Positions 27,708-36,537 of a stretch of 63,240 nt of DNA are shown here, piece by piece. The DNA is from a virus (Duplodnaviria > Caudoviricetes). The notes below the pieces were generated by a model. The model had not been told where the DNA came from, did no database searches, and worked only from the letters and a program-made list of their open reading frames with translations. Numbering within the stretch: position 1 is the first letter of the stretch; each line of letters starts with the position of its first letter. The stretch lies in the IMG/VR virus record IMGVR_UViG_3300025144_000001, positions 1 to 63,240 of that record, one strand, 5' to 3'. The position numbers and the translations under genes were made by a program.

Positions 27708-28501
27708 AATGTAAAATCCTCGTATTCGCGGACGGTTTCATTCCATCTACCAGGTTTAGCCGCCCACGGCTTCTTACGGTTACTATCCCAGTGATGGTGA
27801 ATATCCACGGACGCATCCAAGTAAACGCGGTAGCCAAAACGCCTCGCAGTTAAACAGTAGCCGTAATCCTCACTTGCCATCGGATCTAGTTCAGTTGGAA
27901 GCGGATAGAAGTTTACGCGGCGGTCTTGAATGATTTTTCGGCTTAAACACAAGCATCCGCCTGAAGTCATTGCGACTTCACCGTAATCTAGGAAAGATTT
28001 AGGTGGATGTGTGCGAAGTTCGTATTTACCGCCTTCCTTAGCATCGTCCCATTTCGACGCTATGAGTGGTGTTATGATGGTTTGATCGTTAACGATTTGA
28101 ATGGATTCAGGATAAATGCGGAGGTACATGCCGCCTACAATATCTTCGTTCCATTCGGTTAGCCGTGTGATTAAGTCGCGGGATTTGATGAACATGTCGT
28201 GGTCGAGGTAGATGGCGAAGTCAGGGTTTAAGTAGCGTGTTTTCGTCAGTAAGATTTGACGTGCAATCGCAATGGTTGCGTAGGGGTTTCCAAGGCGTTT
28301 AACCGCATCTTTGGCGAACCTTGCGCGGATAAGCTCGTATGGACGTTTAAACCGCTTGATTTTCTCAACTGTGTCGTCAGTTGAATTGTTTTCCAAAAAA
28401 ATGTATTTGCTTGGCTGAGGGTTAAGACGATAGTAGAAGCTAAAAGTGCTAGGTAACACTTTTCCGGCATTATAAACCGGAATCAAGAAAACAACATTCA
28501 T
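27704..28501 (-). CDS. Glycosyltransferase family 2 (paralog A)
   Basis: IPVYN, ENNSTDDT, YLDHD, SEDYGYC. Confidence 0.88.
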   Translation of the reverse strand: MNVVFLIPVYNAGKVLPSTFSFYYRLNPQPSKYIFLENNSTDDTVEKIKRFKRPYELIRARFAKDAVKRLGNPYATIAIARQILLTKTRYLNPDFAIYLDHDMFIKSRDLITRLTEWNEDIVGGMYLRIYPESIQIVNDQTIITPLIASKWDDAKEGGKYELRTHPPKSFLDYGEVAMTSGGCLCLSRKIIQDRRVNFYPLPTELDPMASEDYGYCLTARRFGYRVYLDASVDIHHHWDSNRKKPWAAKPGRWNETVREYEDFTF

Positions 28502-28516
28502 AAAAACGAGGAAAAG

Positions 28517-29866
28517 TTAGGTTGCGGGTTCTCCCTCTTCAGCCTTCTCTTTCGGTTGTTTTTGACCTTGCATTAATTGAAACTGCATTTGTTGGGCTTT
28601 GACACGTTCCACGCCGAGTACGATTTCGCCGTCAGTAATATGCGGTAAACCTAGTTCGTCACGTATTTCGTTAACCGTCTTGTAGCTTGTTTCACGTTCC
28701 CGTGCGCGACTTTCATTCCATCGCGCCACGGACTTCTGTATTTCAGCCATTTTCAACGGTGGATTCCACTCCAACGTGTAGTCCACTTTATCTACATCGG
28801 CTTGTCCGCTTGCAATAATGTCGTCGATGACGGAGCGGATGAACGGTTCATAGCGCATTTGGTTGTCGCTTATCGTTTTGAAGTATTTGCGTTCGTTGAT
28901 TTCGCTTCCACTAATGGAACCCGCTTCTGCACCGCGTAAAATCGGTTTGGGAATGTCACTACCCATCGCTATTGATTCGAGGAAGATTTCGTAGAATTGT
29001 TCGGGGGGTAACGCTATGCCTTCCGCGCCGATGAACTTCAAGTTGTTAGGTTCCGCTAAAGCAATTAATGTTCGACGGTGAAGGGGGCCAATTTGGTCTT
29101 TAATTATGGTTTTCAACTGGTCTTTCGTTGTGCCACGTTGAGCGGTTAGAAGAGCAATACAACCGTAACGCCAATATGTCATCGCAGTTGAATATCGAAC
29201 ACAACGAAGCATCACAATGTCATCAAAAACGGGATATAGCGCACTAATGCCTTTCCAAACACTATCGCTAAGTCTAACAACACAATGGATAATGTTGCTA
29301 TAATGAACATCAAGCTGATACTCTTTCTTGCCCAGGTAACGGTCGATGTGATATGTTTTTGGATGACCAAAATTCAAACTGTTTTGATCCGTATCAATAT
29401 CGGCGGGTTCCTTGACGGTTATCGCGGAAATCGGATAAGCTTCAATGTCAACAAGTTTCCCTCCGTCTTTCCTCTCCTCTCGCAAACCCGTTGTTGACGA
29501 CCCTTCGTAGCCTTTAACGATAACGCTCCAACCGTCTCGTCGTTCAAAAACGCAGGCTTGTGTAAAAATGTTTTTCGCGTTAATTTTCGCTAATTCCGCT
29601 TGAATCTTCTCGTCGAAATCCTTCGCTTTTGTCTTATCGCCATGCGGAACCACTTTGAACCAAGAATCAAAAACATCGTGCGCTACACCGACGACGATTC
29701 GTTCCGCAACTGGTTCCCGTTCAACCAAGTATTTGAGGTTCGAGAGGGAGGGTGAATCGCCGAACGAGGGTTCTTGAACTGTAGCGTCACGTAAGCCTAC
29801 GAAAATCGACGGCAAAGCACTGTCTAACGCGATGGCAGCCGCTTTACTTCCTCTCTTTTTAACCAA
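28517..29866 (-). CDS. Portal protein (DUF1073-like)
   Basis: Follows the large terminase; R.DG.S, VH.S..IH, GIS.L, IPK.IL.G, NE.R..LGL. Confidence 0.85.
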   Translation of the reverse strand: MVKKRGSKAAAIALDSALPSIFVGLRDATVQEPSFGDSPSLSNLKYLVEREPVAERIVVGVAHDVFDSWFKVVPHGDKTKAKDFDEKIQAELAKINAKNIFTQACVFERRDGWSVIVKGYEGSSTTGLREERKDGGKLVDIEAYPISAITVKEPADIDTDQNSLNFGHPKTYHIDRYLGKKEYQLDVHYSNIIHCVVRLSDSVWKGISALYPVFDDIVMLRCVRYSTAMTYWRYGCIALLTAQRGTTKDQLKTIIKDQIGPLHRRTLIALAEPNNLKFIGAEGIALPPEQFYEIFLESIAMGSDIPKPILRGAEAGSISGSEINERKYFKTISDNQMRYEPFIRSVIDDIIASGQADVDKVDYTLEWNPPLKMAEIQKSVARWNESRARERETSYKTVNEIRDELGLPHITDGEIVLGVERVKAQQMQFQLMQGQKQPKEKAEEGEPAT

Positions 29867-29877
29867 AATAAATCACT

Positions 29878-31122
29878 TTAAACTGCAACTATCGCATCCC
29901 ACGGCGTTGACTGTTGATTAAACCAAGCCGCCAACGCCAACGCAATAACACAATCATCGGTTAAACCGCTTGGAGCTTGGTAAGTTGTTGTTCCGCCTTC
30001 AGTTTGCTTGTAACTGAAGCTTTTTAGTTCTTCAATTAAAATGCGGGTTTCATCGCATTCGGGATAACTTATCTCGACTTGTTCCAAGCATAACATTAAC
30101 TTGTGAATAAGCTCGTTCTTCCGAGTATTACTTTTTGCATCATAACCGTCAACCGAAACGCCTTCGGAAATCAATTCATCAAAAACAGGTGATCCTGGTC
30201 CCCGAGAATCAATTCCAATAAGAGCGTTATTCCAATATTGACTTAACGCTTTTAGGTCGTCGATTTGAATGTTCCAATCAGCCTGCCAACGTTTGATTCC
30301 GCAAACATGCCCCGATGAATCCATTATTATGTCAACGGCGTAGTCATGAGTTTTCGCTAAGTCCACGCCAATCACATATCTTTCATGTGGTTGTGGTGTA
30401 CCCAATGAATTGCCTTTTTTACAGGCTTCAATTGACGCATTAGTGAAAGCTGTACCTATGTTTTCCTTGAATTGCGCTAAAACATCGCGCTCATAAATCC
30501 ACTGTGGCAAATCTTTTTTTAACTGTTCAAACTCTTCCTTTGAAAGGTGGGGATTAATGGTGGATGGAGCATGGAAGCTTTTATACGGGTTTTTAATAGG
30601 GTCATATGGATCTAAGCCTTGTCGCCAAACCTTGTAAAACCAATTATGACCTTTCGGCGTACTGATGAAAACCGCTTTCCCACCCGTTTTTATAAGTGTG
30701 CTTCGAAGCGCATACCATGATGCTGCTTTCACTTTCGCAGCTTCATCGACGACAATTAGGTGTATTCCGCGTCCAGTTAAGTGGTCGGGAGCATCAGCAG
30801 TCTTGAATGTTATTCTACTTTTGTTCTTGAGGTAAACGATGTAGTCAACATTGTTGATTTTCGCAATGAGTTCGCTAGGTAGGAAATCTGGAATGTATTC
30901 CCAACCGATTTTTGTTTGTTCGAAAACTGGTGCAACCCACCAAACGAGTGAGTTGGGGTTGAGAAGCGCGAACCTTATGGCTTCATTTACTGCAGCAACG
31001 GTTTTTCCCGCTTTCGTCCCCCAAGCTAAAACTTTGAAGCGTGCGGGGTGATCGTGAAATTCTCTCTGCGCATCGTGTGGTGAATAAGGAATAACGATTT
31101 CCTTAGTTTCAACTTGACTCAA
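29878..31122 (-). CDS. terL: Terminase large subunit
   Basis: PH.AQ, GTKAGKT (Walker A), VVDEAA (Walker B), STPKG.NWFY, GVDLA, DDCVIALALA. Confidence 0.95.
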   Translation of the reverse strand: MSQVETKEIVIPYSPHDAQREFHDHPARFKVLAWGTKAGKTVAAVNEAIRFALLNPNSLVWWVAPVFEQTKIGWEYIPDFLPSELIAKINNVDYIVYLKNKSRITFKTADAPDHLTGRGIHLIVVDEAAKVKAASWYALRSTLIKTGGKAVFISTPKGHNWFYKVWRQGLDPYDPIKNPYKSFHAPSTINPHLSKEEFEQLKKDLPQWIYERDVLAQFKENIGTAFTNASIEACKKGNSLGTPQPHERYVIGVDLAKTHDYAVDIIMDSSGHVCGIKRWQADWNIQIDDLKALSQYWNNALIGIDSRGPGSPVFDELISEGVSVDGYDAKSNTRKNELIHKLMLCLEQVEISYPECDETRILIEELKSFSYKQTEGGTTTYQAPSGLTDDCVIALALAAWFNQQSTPWDAIVAV

Positions 31123-31567
31123 GCGCCTTCACGCATTCGCCTTGATGTTTCTGGCCGCATTTGGTGCAGAGGGGCAAATCTCCCGCGTATTTGATAACAT
31201 ACTCAACTTTATCGGCTGAACGAACTTCTTTGGGAACCACTTCAAGGCGAGTACGATCTAAGTTGCCGATTATTCCGAGTAGTTGCGGTAAAACAGCTCT
31301 CATTTTCACGTCGTCTTTATCTGTTGATTCGTAAAGTTTCCAAGCTTCTTTTTTCGTCATGTCTAAACTAGCGAGCGTTTCTTCAACGATGCTTTCATAG
31401 TCGATTTTCGCGTCTTTCCATTCATCCTTGATTTTCTTCCAATGATTAAGGACCGTGTTTTCGTGAACGCCGAGATGCGCCGCTATGTCTTTGTTCTTCC
31501 AGCCTTGAAGCCGAAGCTTCAAAATCGTTTGGTCAAACTCAATTTCATCCGGTGTCATAAAAATCAC
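31109..31567 (-). CDS. Terminase small subunit (HTH)
   Basis: GWKNKDIAAHLGVHENTV helix-turn-helix; immediately upstream of the large terminase. Confidence 0.7.
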   Translation of the reverse strand: MIFMTPDEIEFDQTILKLRLQGWKNKDIAAHLGVHENTVLNHWKKIKDEWKDAKIDYESIVEETLASLDMTKKEAWKLYESTDKDDVKMRAVLPQLLGIIGNLDRTRLEVVPKEVRSADKVEYVIKYAGDLPLCTKCGQKHQGECVKALESS

Positions 31568-31773
31568 GTCGTAAGCGGATTATCGTCGTTCTCTTCTTGT
31601 TCCGCCGTCTTGTTTTGAAGCGCGAGCAACGTGTTGTACTTCCTATTGAATTCAACGATGGTTTTCTGCGATTTTCCGTAAACCGAAATCAGATAGAAGT
31701 ATTCAATGGCTCTTGCGAGGAAGTATAAGCCGACGCAAAACGCAAGGAAGCTTAACGCGTAAAACAAAATCAT
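31564..31773 (-). CDS. Small membrane protein
   Basis: N-terminal hydrophobic helix and acidic tail. Confidence 0.55.
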   Translation of the reverse strand: MILFYALSFLAFCVGLYFLARAIEYFYLISVYGKSQKTIVEFNRKYNTLLALQNKTAEQEENDDNPLTT

Positions 31774-31888
31774 TTTCGAATGCGTCCTTCAATCCAATTC
31801 AATACTTCGCAGAAACCCATTGTGATGAATGTGACGGCTACGCCGATCAATATGCCGTAAAGGAATGATAGCAGTTCGATGGGCATTG

Positions 31889-32077
31889 TTAACTTCGCTT
31901 CCCAATTGTCAACTTGCGAACGCGGAAATTCTTTTTGTCAGCGTCAAAAGTGGTTCGGCAAGCGCGGCAACGATCCATGTGAAGCTTATTACCCGCGCCG
32001 CAGCGACGGCAAAACTTCTTCTTCAAACGCTCCTGCGCTAAAACCCGTAATGCTGGCTGCTCACGGAAACTCGGCAT
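31889..32077 (-). CDS. rpl40e: Ribosomal protein eL40 (L40e) homolog
   Basis: MP...LAQERLKKKFCRRCGAGN...RCRAC...NFRVRK matches the archaeal L40e C4 zinc-finger pattern, with a short insertion. Confidence 0.75.
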   Translation of the reverse strand: MPSFREQPALRVLAQERLKKKFCRRCGAGNKLHMDRCRACRTTFDADKKNFRVRKLTIGKRS

Positions 32078-32078
32078 G

Positions 32079-32157
32079 TTCGCTGCACTTTATATATGTT
32101 TGCTAACGTTGAACACGGTGCGGGTCACTTTCACTACACTTTATATAGTTTCGCTAA
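32079..32157 (-). promoter_or_regulatory. Duplicated 28-bp BRE/TATA-like element upstream of the eL40 gene
   Basis: TTAGCGAAACTATATAAAGTGTAGTGAA (32157-32130) and TTAGCAAACATATATAAAGTGCAGCGAA (32106-32079); 23/28 identical. Confidence 0.65.
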
Positions 32158-32888
32158 TGGTGAATGCGACGGTATTTTGCGGGTCGGAAGCCGAAAAGAA
32201 GCTTCAACGCGTTAAAAGTCCAGTACATGTAGGTAAAAGCGTAGGTATATAAACGATACCTGCATGGCGATTCATAAACATAATAGTTACTTGGCAAACA
32301 TCCAACCTTGAATCCCATTCGACTCAAGCGGTAGACGTATTCGTTATCTTCAACGCTTTCCAAATCTTCGCGAAAACCCTTCGAAGCAGCGAACACTTCA
32401 CGGCGGACTGCGAGAAAGTCACCGCAGCCGGAGCCGAGTAGGCGGTAGCGTAGGTTGAGCAGTTCATGCATGAAGCGGTCCATGAATAGCTCACGTTCGG
32501 GGTGTACCCGTAGGTTGCAGGTAACAGCGTCAAAGTTATCGGCCAATAGTATGATTGACATGAGGTAGGTGTCAAATGGCACCAATACATCGGGGTCCAC
32601 GAAGAAGATGAATTTGCCACTACTCGCTTCCGCACCTTTATTCCGCGCTTTCCCAAAACTTAACACGCCTCCATCATACGGCACAATAACATCCGCATAT
32701 TTCCGCGCAATTGCCATCGACTGATCGGTGCAACCTTCGTCCACAACTATTAGTTCGGGGTTGCAACCGTATTTGGTCAAACTTTTTAGTTGACGAAGCG
32801 TTCTTTCGAGACATCTCGCTTCATTATAAATGTGAATAACTACACTAACAACCGAAAAACTTGCGGAACCTATCTTGGTATTTTCCAT
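32154..32888 (-). CDS. Glycosyltransferase family 2
   Basis: VSVVIHIYNE, IVVDEGCTD, ARNKGA, FVDPD, GFREDL..VED. Confidence 0.88.
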   Translation of the reverse strand: MENTKIGSASFSVVSVVIHIYNEARCLERTLRQLKSLTKYGCNPELIVVDEGCTDQSMAIARKYADVIVPYDGGVLSFGKARNKGAEASSGKFIFFVDPDVLVPFDTYLMSIILLADNFDAVTCNLRVHPERELFMDRFMHELLNLRYRLLGSGCGDFLAVRREVFAASKGFREDLESVEDNEYVYRLSRMGFKVGCLPSNYYVYESPCRYRLYTYAFTYMYWTFNALKLLFGFRPAKYRRIHH

Positions 32889-33045
32889 AAACGCCGCCGA
32901 GTAAAGCGCATAGAAGTAAGCCCGTTGAGCCGACTGCAAGTATTTGCTGGAAGCTTAATCCCCAAACAATGTAAATCGTAGTCCAAATGCTTCCCCAAAA
33001 AGTGATGTTTGCAACGGTGTCGGCGAACCATCTGCGGAGGTTCAA
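32845..33045 (-). CDS. AlaE (L-alanine exporter)-like small membrane protein
   Basis: ADTVA.ITF...GLS.QQ.L...YGKYQD.FR resembles a single AlaE repeat. Confidence 0.5.
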   Translation of the reverse strand: MNLRRWFADTVANITFWGSIWTTIYIVWGLSFQQILAVGSTGLLLCALLGGVYGKYQDRFRKFFGC

Positions 33046-33875
33046 CGTTTCTTAGTTTCCTCTTCTTCCTCGGGCAAAAGTGCTTTCAACCGTTCTTCTT
33101 CGGCTTTTTGGCGTTTCTCCCTTTCTTTCTCGCACTGCTTTTCCGTATGCGTCTTGTCATGTAGGAAGTGAAAGAGTTGTTCGTTGAAGAATTCGTAGAT
33201 GCGGTGGATTGGTGAGAAGTATCCGAGGTGTGTTATTGGGCTTCCCCAACCGGCCACGTCCATGCGGGAAGGTATTCCGAGGAATTCAAGTTCGTCTTTC
33301 GTGAAAACCGCGCCGCCTGAATTGCCGAAGATTATTTGCGCGTTGCTCATCCAGTAGTCTTTGTAGTCGATTTCGTCGCCTTGGTGCGTTATTATTCCTT
33401 TCGTTAGGATTGGGTCGTGGAGCATTGCGCATCCAACGGCAAAAACTTCGTCGCCAATCGTTAATTGTTTAGCCTTCTCGCTTGAACATAGTTTAGCAAC
33501 GTATTGTGCTTGCTTCTTTGTGCGAAGCTTCAATAAAGCCATGTCGTGATCCTTGTCATAGGCCACAATGTCGGCATCAACGCTGTAGTTTACAGGTCTA
33601 TGTCCCGGAAGCACATTCTCGTAATCGAAAAACTCGACAACCACAACTTTACGGTACTCACGTTTAACATCGCGACCAACCGCGGAGTCCCATTCCTTCT
33701 TGACGGATAACGCATCCTCGATGACGTGATGGCATGTTATCACGTAGGTGCTGTATTTACTCGGGGTATCTTCGTTTGGTTCACTGTAAATTATGGTTCC
33801 GCTTCCACCAGCCTTATCCGTCTTCACTCGCACTTGCGTGAAAAGCACTTTCCGATGTAGCTCTTCTAATTCCAT
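33042..33875 (-). CDS. Trypsin-like serine protease
   Basis: GSG, TCHHV (His), DMALL (Asp), GNSGG (Ser); C-terminal coiled coil; no signal peptide. Confidence 0.9.
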   Translation of the reverse strand: MELEELHRKVLFTQVRVKTDKAGGSGTIIYSEPNEDTPSKYSTYVITCHHVIEDALSVKKEWDSAVGRDVKREYRKVVVVEFFDYENVLPGHRPVNYSVDADIVAYDKDHDMALLKLRTKKQAQYVAKLCSSEKAKQLTIGDEVFAVGCAMLHDPILTKGIITHQGDEIDYKDYWMSNAQIIFGNSGGAVFTKDELEFLGIPSRMDVAGWGSPITHLGYFSPIHRIYEFFNEQLFHFLHDKTHTEKQCEKEREKRQKAEEERLKALLPEEEEETKKR

Positions 33876-34025
33876 GTTTCAACTCTCCCTAATTTTACAA
33901 TACTCACAAAACTTAGCCAAAATAGTGAAATAGTCAAACCATGAAAGCGATGCTTTATTCAATTCCAACCGTACATCGCATTCACCATCTTCAATCAAGT
34001 CGTAAATACATTTTGCGTTTGCCAT

Positions 34026-34250
34026 TTATTTCGCCAACATTAGGCTTATTGCGGTTAATAGCCATCCACCTATTACGCAGCTATACCATATGTCGCGGGC
34101 AACTTCGTAGCGCACGTTGAAGCAAAACGGCATTTCGAAAAGCGGCTCATTCCACGCCTTTTTAATCCACATTATCTCAATCTGGTAAAGCCCGACTATA
34201 GTTAATATTCCGCCTAAAGCCGCGCCTAAAACCCACCACAACGCAATCAC
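34026..34250 (-). CDS. Two-TM membrane protein
   Basis: Two hydrophobic segments. Confidence 0.55.
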   Translation of the reverse strand: MIALWWVLGAALGGILTIVGLYQIEIMWIKKAWNEPLFEMPFCFNVRYEVARDIWYSCVIGGWLLTAISLMLAK

Positions 34251-34471
34251 GCAATATACATGGTTTGGCTTTTCAACTGCCGCTTAATGTGGAAGAAGAC
34301 TTCCGCGTTTGCCCAACGCTTATCTTCAATGTAGTTTATGACATCTTCTTCTTGTCCAAACGGCTTGTAAAGCAAAACGAAGTCACGATAAACATCACGG
34401 CTCTCGCCGACAATTAAAATGAAATAGTAGTCGTCGGTTAAACGGCATAGCCACTCTTCTTTAGCTTGCAT
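34247..34471 (-). CDS. Hypothetical protein
   Basis: Coupled ORF. Confidence 0.5.
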   Translation of the reverse strand: MQAKEEWLCRLTDDYYFILIVGESRDVYRDFVLLYKPFGQEEDVINYIEDKRWANAEVFFHIKRQLKSQTMYIA

Positions 34472-34535
34472 TTAGGGCACAACCTACGATTCCTTTTCGA
34501 AACGAAAACACAGTGGCACCAAGCACAACGAAGAT

Positions 34536-34700
34536 TCATTGCTTTTTATGTCGTACGAACGATGCTCCACCGATTGCGCCGAGTGCGATGCAACCAGCGG
34601 CTAAAGCGTTTCCATCTATGCCCTGCATATTCGCGTTGGCGATAAGGTAGACTATCGCGAAGATTGCCGCTAAACCGAGAACGAATTTATATTTGTCCAA
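34536..34700 (-). CDS. Small two-TM holin-like protein (54 aa)
   Basis: Manual translation MDKYKFVLGLAAIFAIVYLIANANMQGIDGNALAAGCIALGAIGGASFVRHKKQ; basic C-terminus. Confidence 0.55.
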   Translation of the reverse strand: MDKYKFVLGLAAIFAIVYLIANANMQGIDGNALAAGCIALGAIGGASFVRHKKQ

Positions 34701-34712
34701 TGTTTACCATCC

Positions 34713-35006
34713 TTAAAGGAATGTAAAGAGTTTTCGGAATCTACGTGGCACGTCAGGCAGATCGTCGATGAACAAACCCATGCCGAAGTAGAATGCTTCA
34801 GGTATTGGAACGTAAAGCATCAGTAGCAATCCAACCCAGAAGTGGTGGGTTACATCGAGTATTCGCGCTAAAAGTCCTTGAATGATTGGATTCCGCTTCT
34901 TAAACCATTTACTAGCGGTTATGCCTTGGTCAAGCCTCTTACCGAAGCCACGTCCAAAAGTGAAGCCAATTACAATCCATGTGGCAGATAAAAGATTCAT
35001 GTCCAT
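34713..35006 (-). CDS. Membrane protein
   Basis: Hydrophobic segments with HHFWVG...GLFIDD motif; GGAGGTGA SD. Confidence 0.6.
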   Translation of the reverse strand: MDMNLLSATWIVIGFTFGRGFGKRLDQGITASKWFKKRNPIIQGLLARILDVTHHFWVGLLLMLYVPIPEAFYFGMGLFIDDLPDVPRRFRKLFTFL

Positions 35007-35014
35007 CTGTCAAT

Positions 35015-36325
35015 TCACCTCCGAAGATTCACAGCATTCCAAATGTCAACACATCCAAAACCGCTATCGTTATTCGGTGCGTCACCAAGTATACGTGCAG
35101 TTTGCTTAATCCTACTCGTATAAATTGATGCTAACTCACCATTCGGGTAAGCTTCCATAAGCAAAGCGATTGCGCCAGCGGTGTGCGGTTGCGCGGGACT
35201 TGTGCCACGGCAAACGATATAACCGAAGCTTGTATCTGCAACCAAAATTCGCTCCGCATCCTCAACCAGCATATACCGGGGATAACGAAGCCGCCCACGG
35301 TCGAACAAGTATTCGTCGCCGAATTTGCGGTATTGTTGTCCGCCACCGGGTGACATAACGAAGTATGGCGGTGGTCCCCGTGAACTGAAGTTTGCGATTG
35401 CGTCGGGGTATGGATTGCGAATGGCTAATGCGCCTGTTGCGATTGCGCCTAGATTCGCCATGTCGGCGGGACAGCCAATCGACGGATAACGTTGCCCACC
35501 CCAACCGGGCTTAAACACACCTTGCTTCCAACCGCTATTACCCATACTGACGCTGAAAACCATACGTGGATTAACTGCAAAAGCTTTCTCGAGAACATGA
35601 TGAAGGTCTTCACTACACCGCGAACTACCCCAACTCGCAAGCATAATGTCGGGTTTATGCGCGATTGCGCGGTCAATCCCCCTGTAAATCACGTTTAACG
35701 TGGTGCTTCCTGAAGCGGGGAAGACTTTGACGCTCACTACTTTTGCGTCGGGTGCGACGGTGAGGAAAATGCTTTGCATTCCCGGCCCGTGAAAATGACG
35801 TGCGATAGGAGAGTTTTCGGGAGAATTATACGGATACTTGAATGCAATTTCTTCCGCCAAATACTTGCCTTTTAGCAACGGGTGTTTCGGGTTGCTTCCC
35901 GTATCCAAAACCGCGCCGACAATGTTTTTTCCAGTTAAACCAACTTGCCATGCTTTGTCCGCACCGATATACTTGGCGGTTTCACCCATCGTTACGGTAA
36001 TGCCTGTGCTTGGCGGAGGCTCAAGCTTAACCGTAATATTCTCGAAAACACCTTCTATTTCCTTAAAGTCTTTAAGAAGTGCTAGGAGATCAGCGCGAAT
36101 GTGAACGACGAAATGCGCCATTTCAAGCGATTCAAGTTTGTCGAAGCTAATGAACATGTAGTCGCCGAATAGACGCCCCCAGCGAGTGTCTAATACACTA
36201 TTCACTAGGTCAGCTACGGCTTCCGCCTCATCAAAATATTCAGGTGCAACACGAATAATGAATTCAGCTTTACGTCGATCTAAAATTGCCCGTTCAACCT
36301 GTGGCTCAAAAAACACGTCGTACAC
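35015..36325 (-). CDS. Subtilisin-like (S8) serine protease with N-terminal propeptide
   Basis: AVLDTG (Asp), HG (His), GNSG, FSSRGP, GTSPAQPHTAG (Ser); no signal peptide. Confidence 0.9.
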   Translation of the reverse strand: MYDVFFEPQVERAILDRRKAEFIIRVAPEYFDEAEAVADLVNSVLDTRWGRLFGDYMFISFDKLESLEMAHFVVHIRADLLALLKDFKEIEGVFENITVKLEPPPSTGITVTMGETAKYIGADKAWQVGLTGKNIVGAVLDTGSNPKHPLLKGKYLAEEIAFKYPYNSPENSPIARHFHGPGMQSIFLTVAPDAKVVSVKVFPASGSTTLNVIYRGIDRAIAHKPDIMLASWGSSRCSEDLHHVLEKAFAVNPRMVFSVSMGNSGWKQGVFKPGWGGQRYPSIGCPADMANLGAIATGALAIRNPYPDAIANFSSRGPPPYFVMSPGGGQQYRKFGDEYLFDRGRLRYPRYMLVEDAERILVADTSFGYIVCRGTSPAQPHTAGAIALLMEAYPNGELASIYTSRIKQTARILGDAPNNDSGFGCVDIWNAVNLRR

Positions 36326-36340
36326 CTTTTAAGCGCGAAA

Positions 36341-36510
36341 ACATGGGGAGAAATTAGCCGATACCCGCCGCAGTAATCAAGTCTCGAAACTCAACGCTCT
36401 CCCAAACGTTAAGAGGAACAAGACGCTACAGGGAACCCCATGTGGAGTTAAGGCGTGGGTGGCACTCCGTTTACTACGGCTACCACTCCAAAACGCCGTT
36501 ATACTCCATA
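36341..36510 (-). ncRNA. Predicted structured RNA (long hairpin plus multibranch domain); ncRNA or 5' leader
   Basis: Several complementary stems whose G-U pairs favour the minus strand; one GNRA tetraloop. Confidence 0.55.
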
Positions 36511-36537
36511 CTTAATTATGTCGAGAACTTCGATTGA

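Noticed and set aside
28517-29866. Anti-CBASS (Acb1) function sometimes attached to DUF1073 proteins
   Set aside because: Position after the large terminase, length and motifs indicate a portal; no HxT phosphoesterase domain was seen.
36440-36510. H/ACA guide RNA or SRP RNA identity for the hairpin
   Set aside because: An ACA follows the stem, but pocket-to-ACA spacing is too short and no clear K-turn or SRP helix 8 motif is present. Kept only as an unknown structured element.
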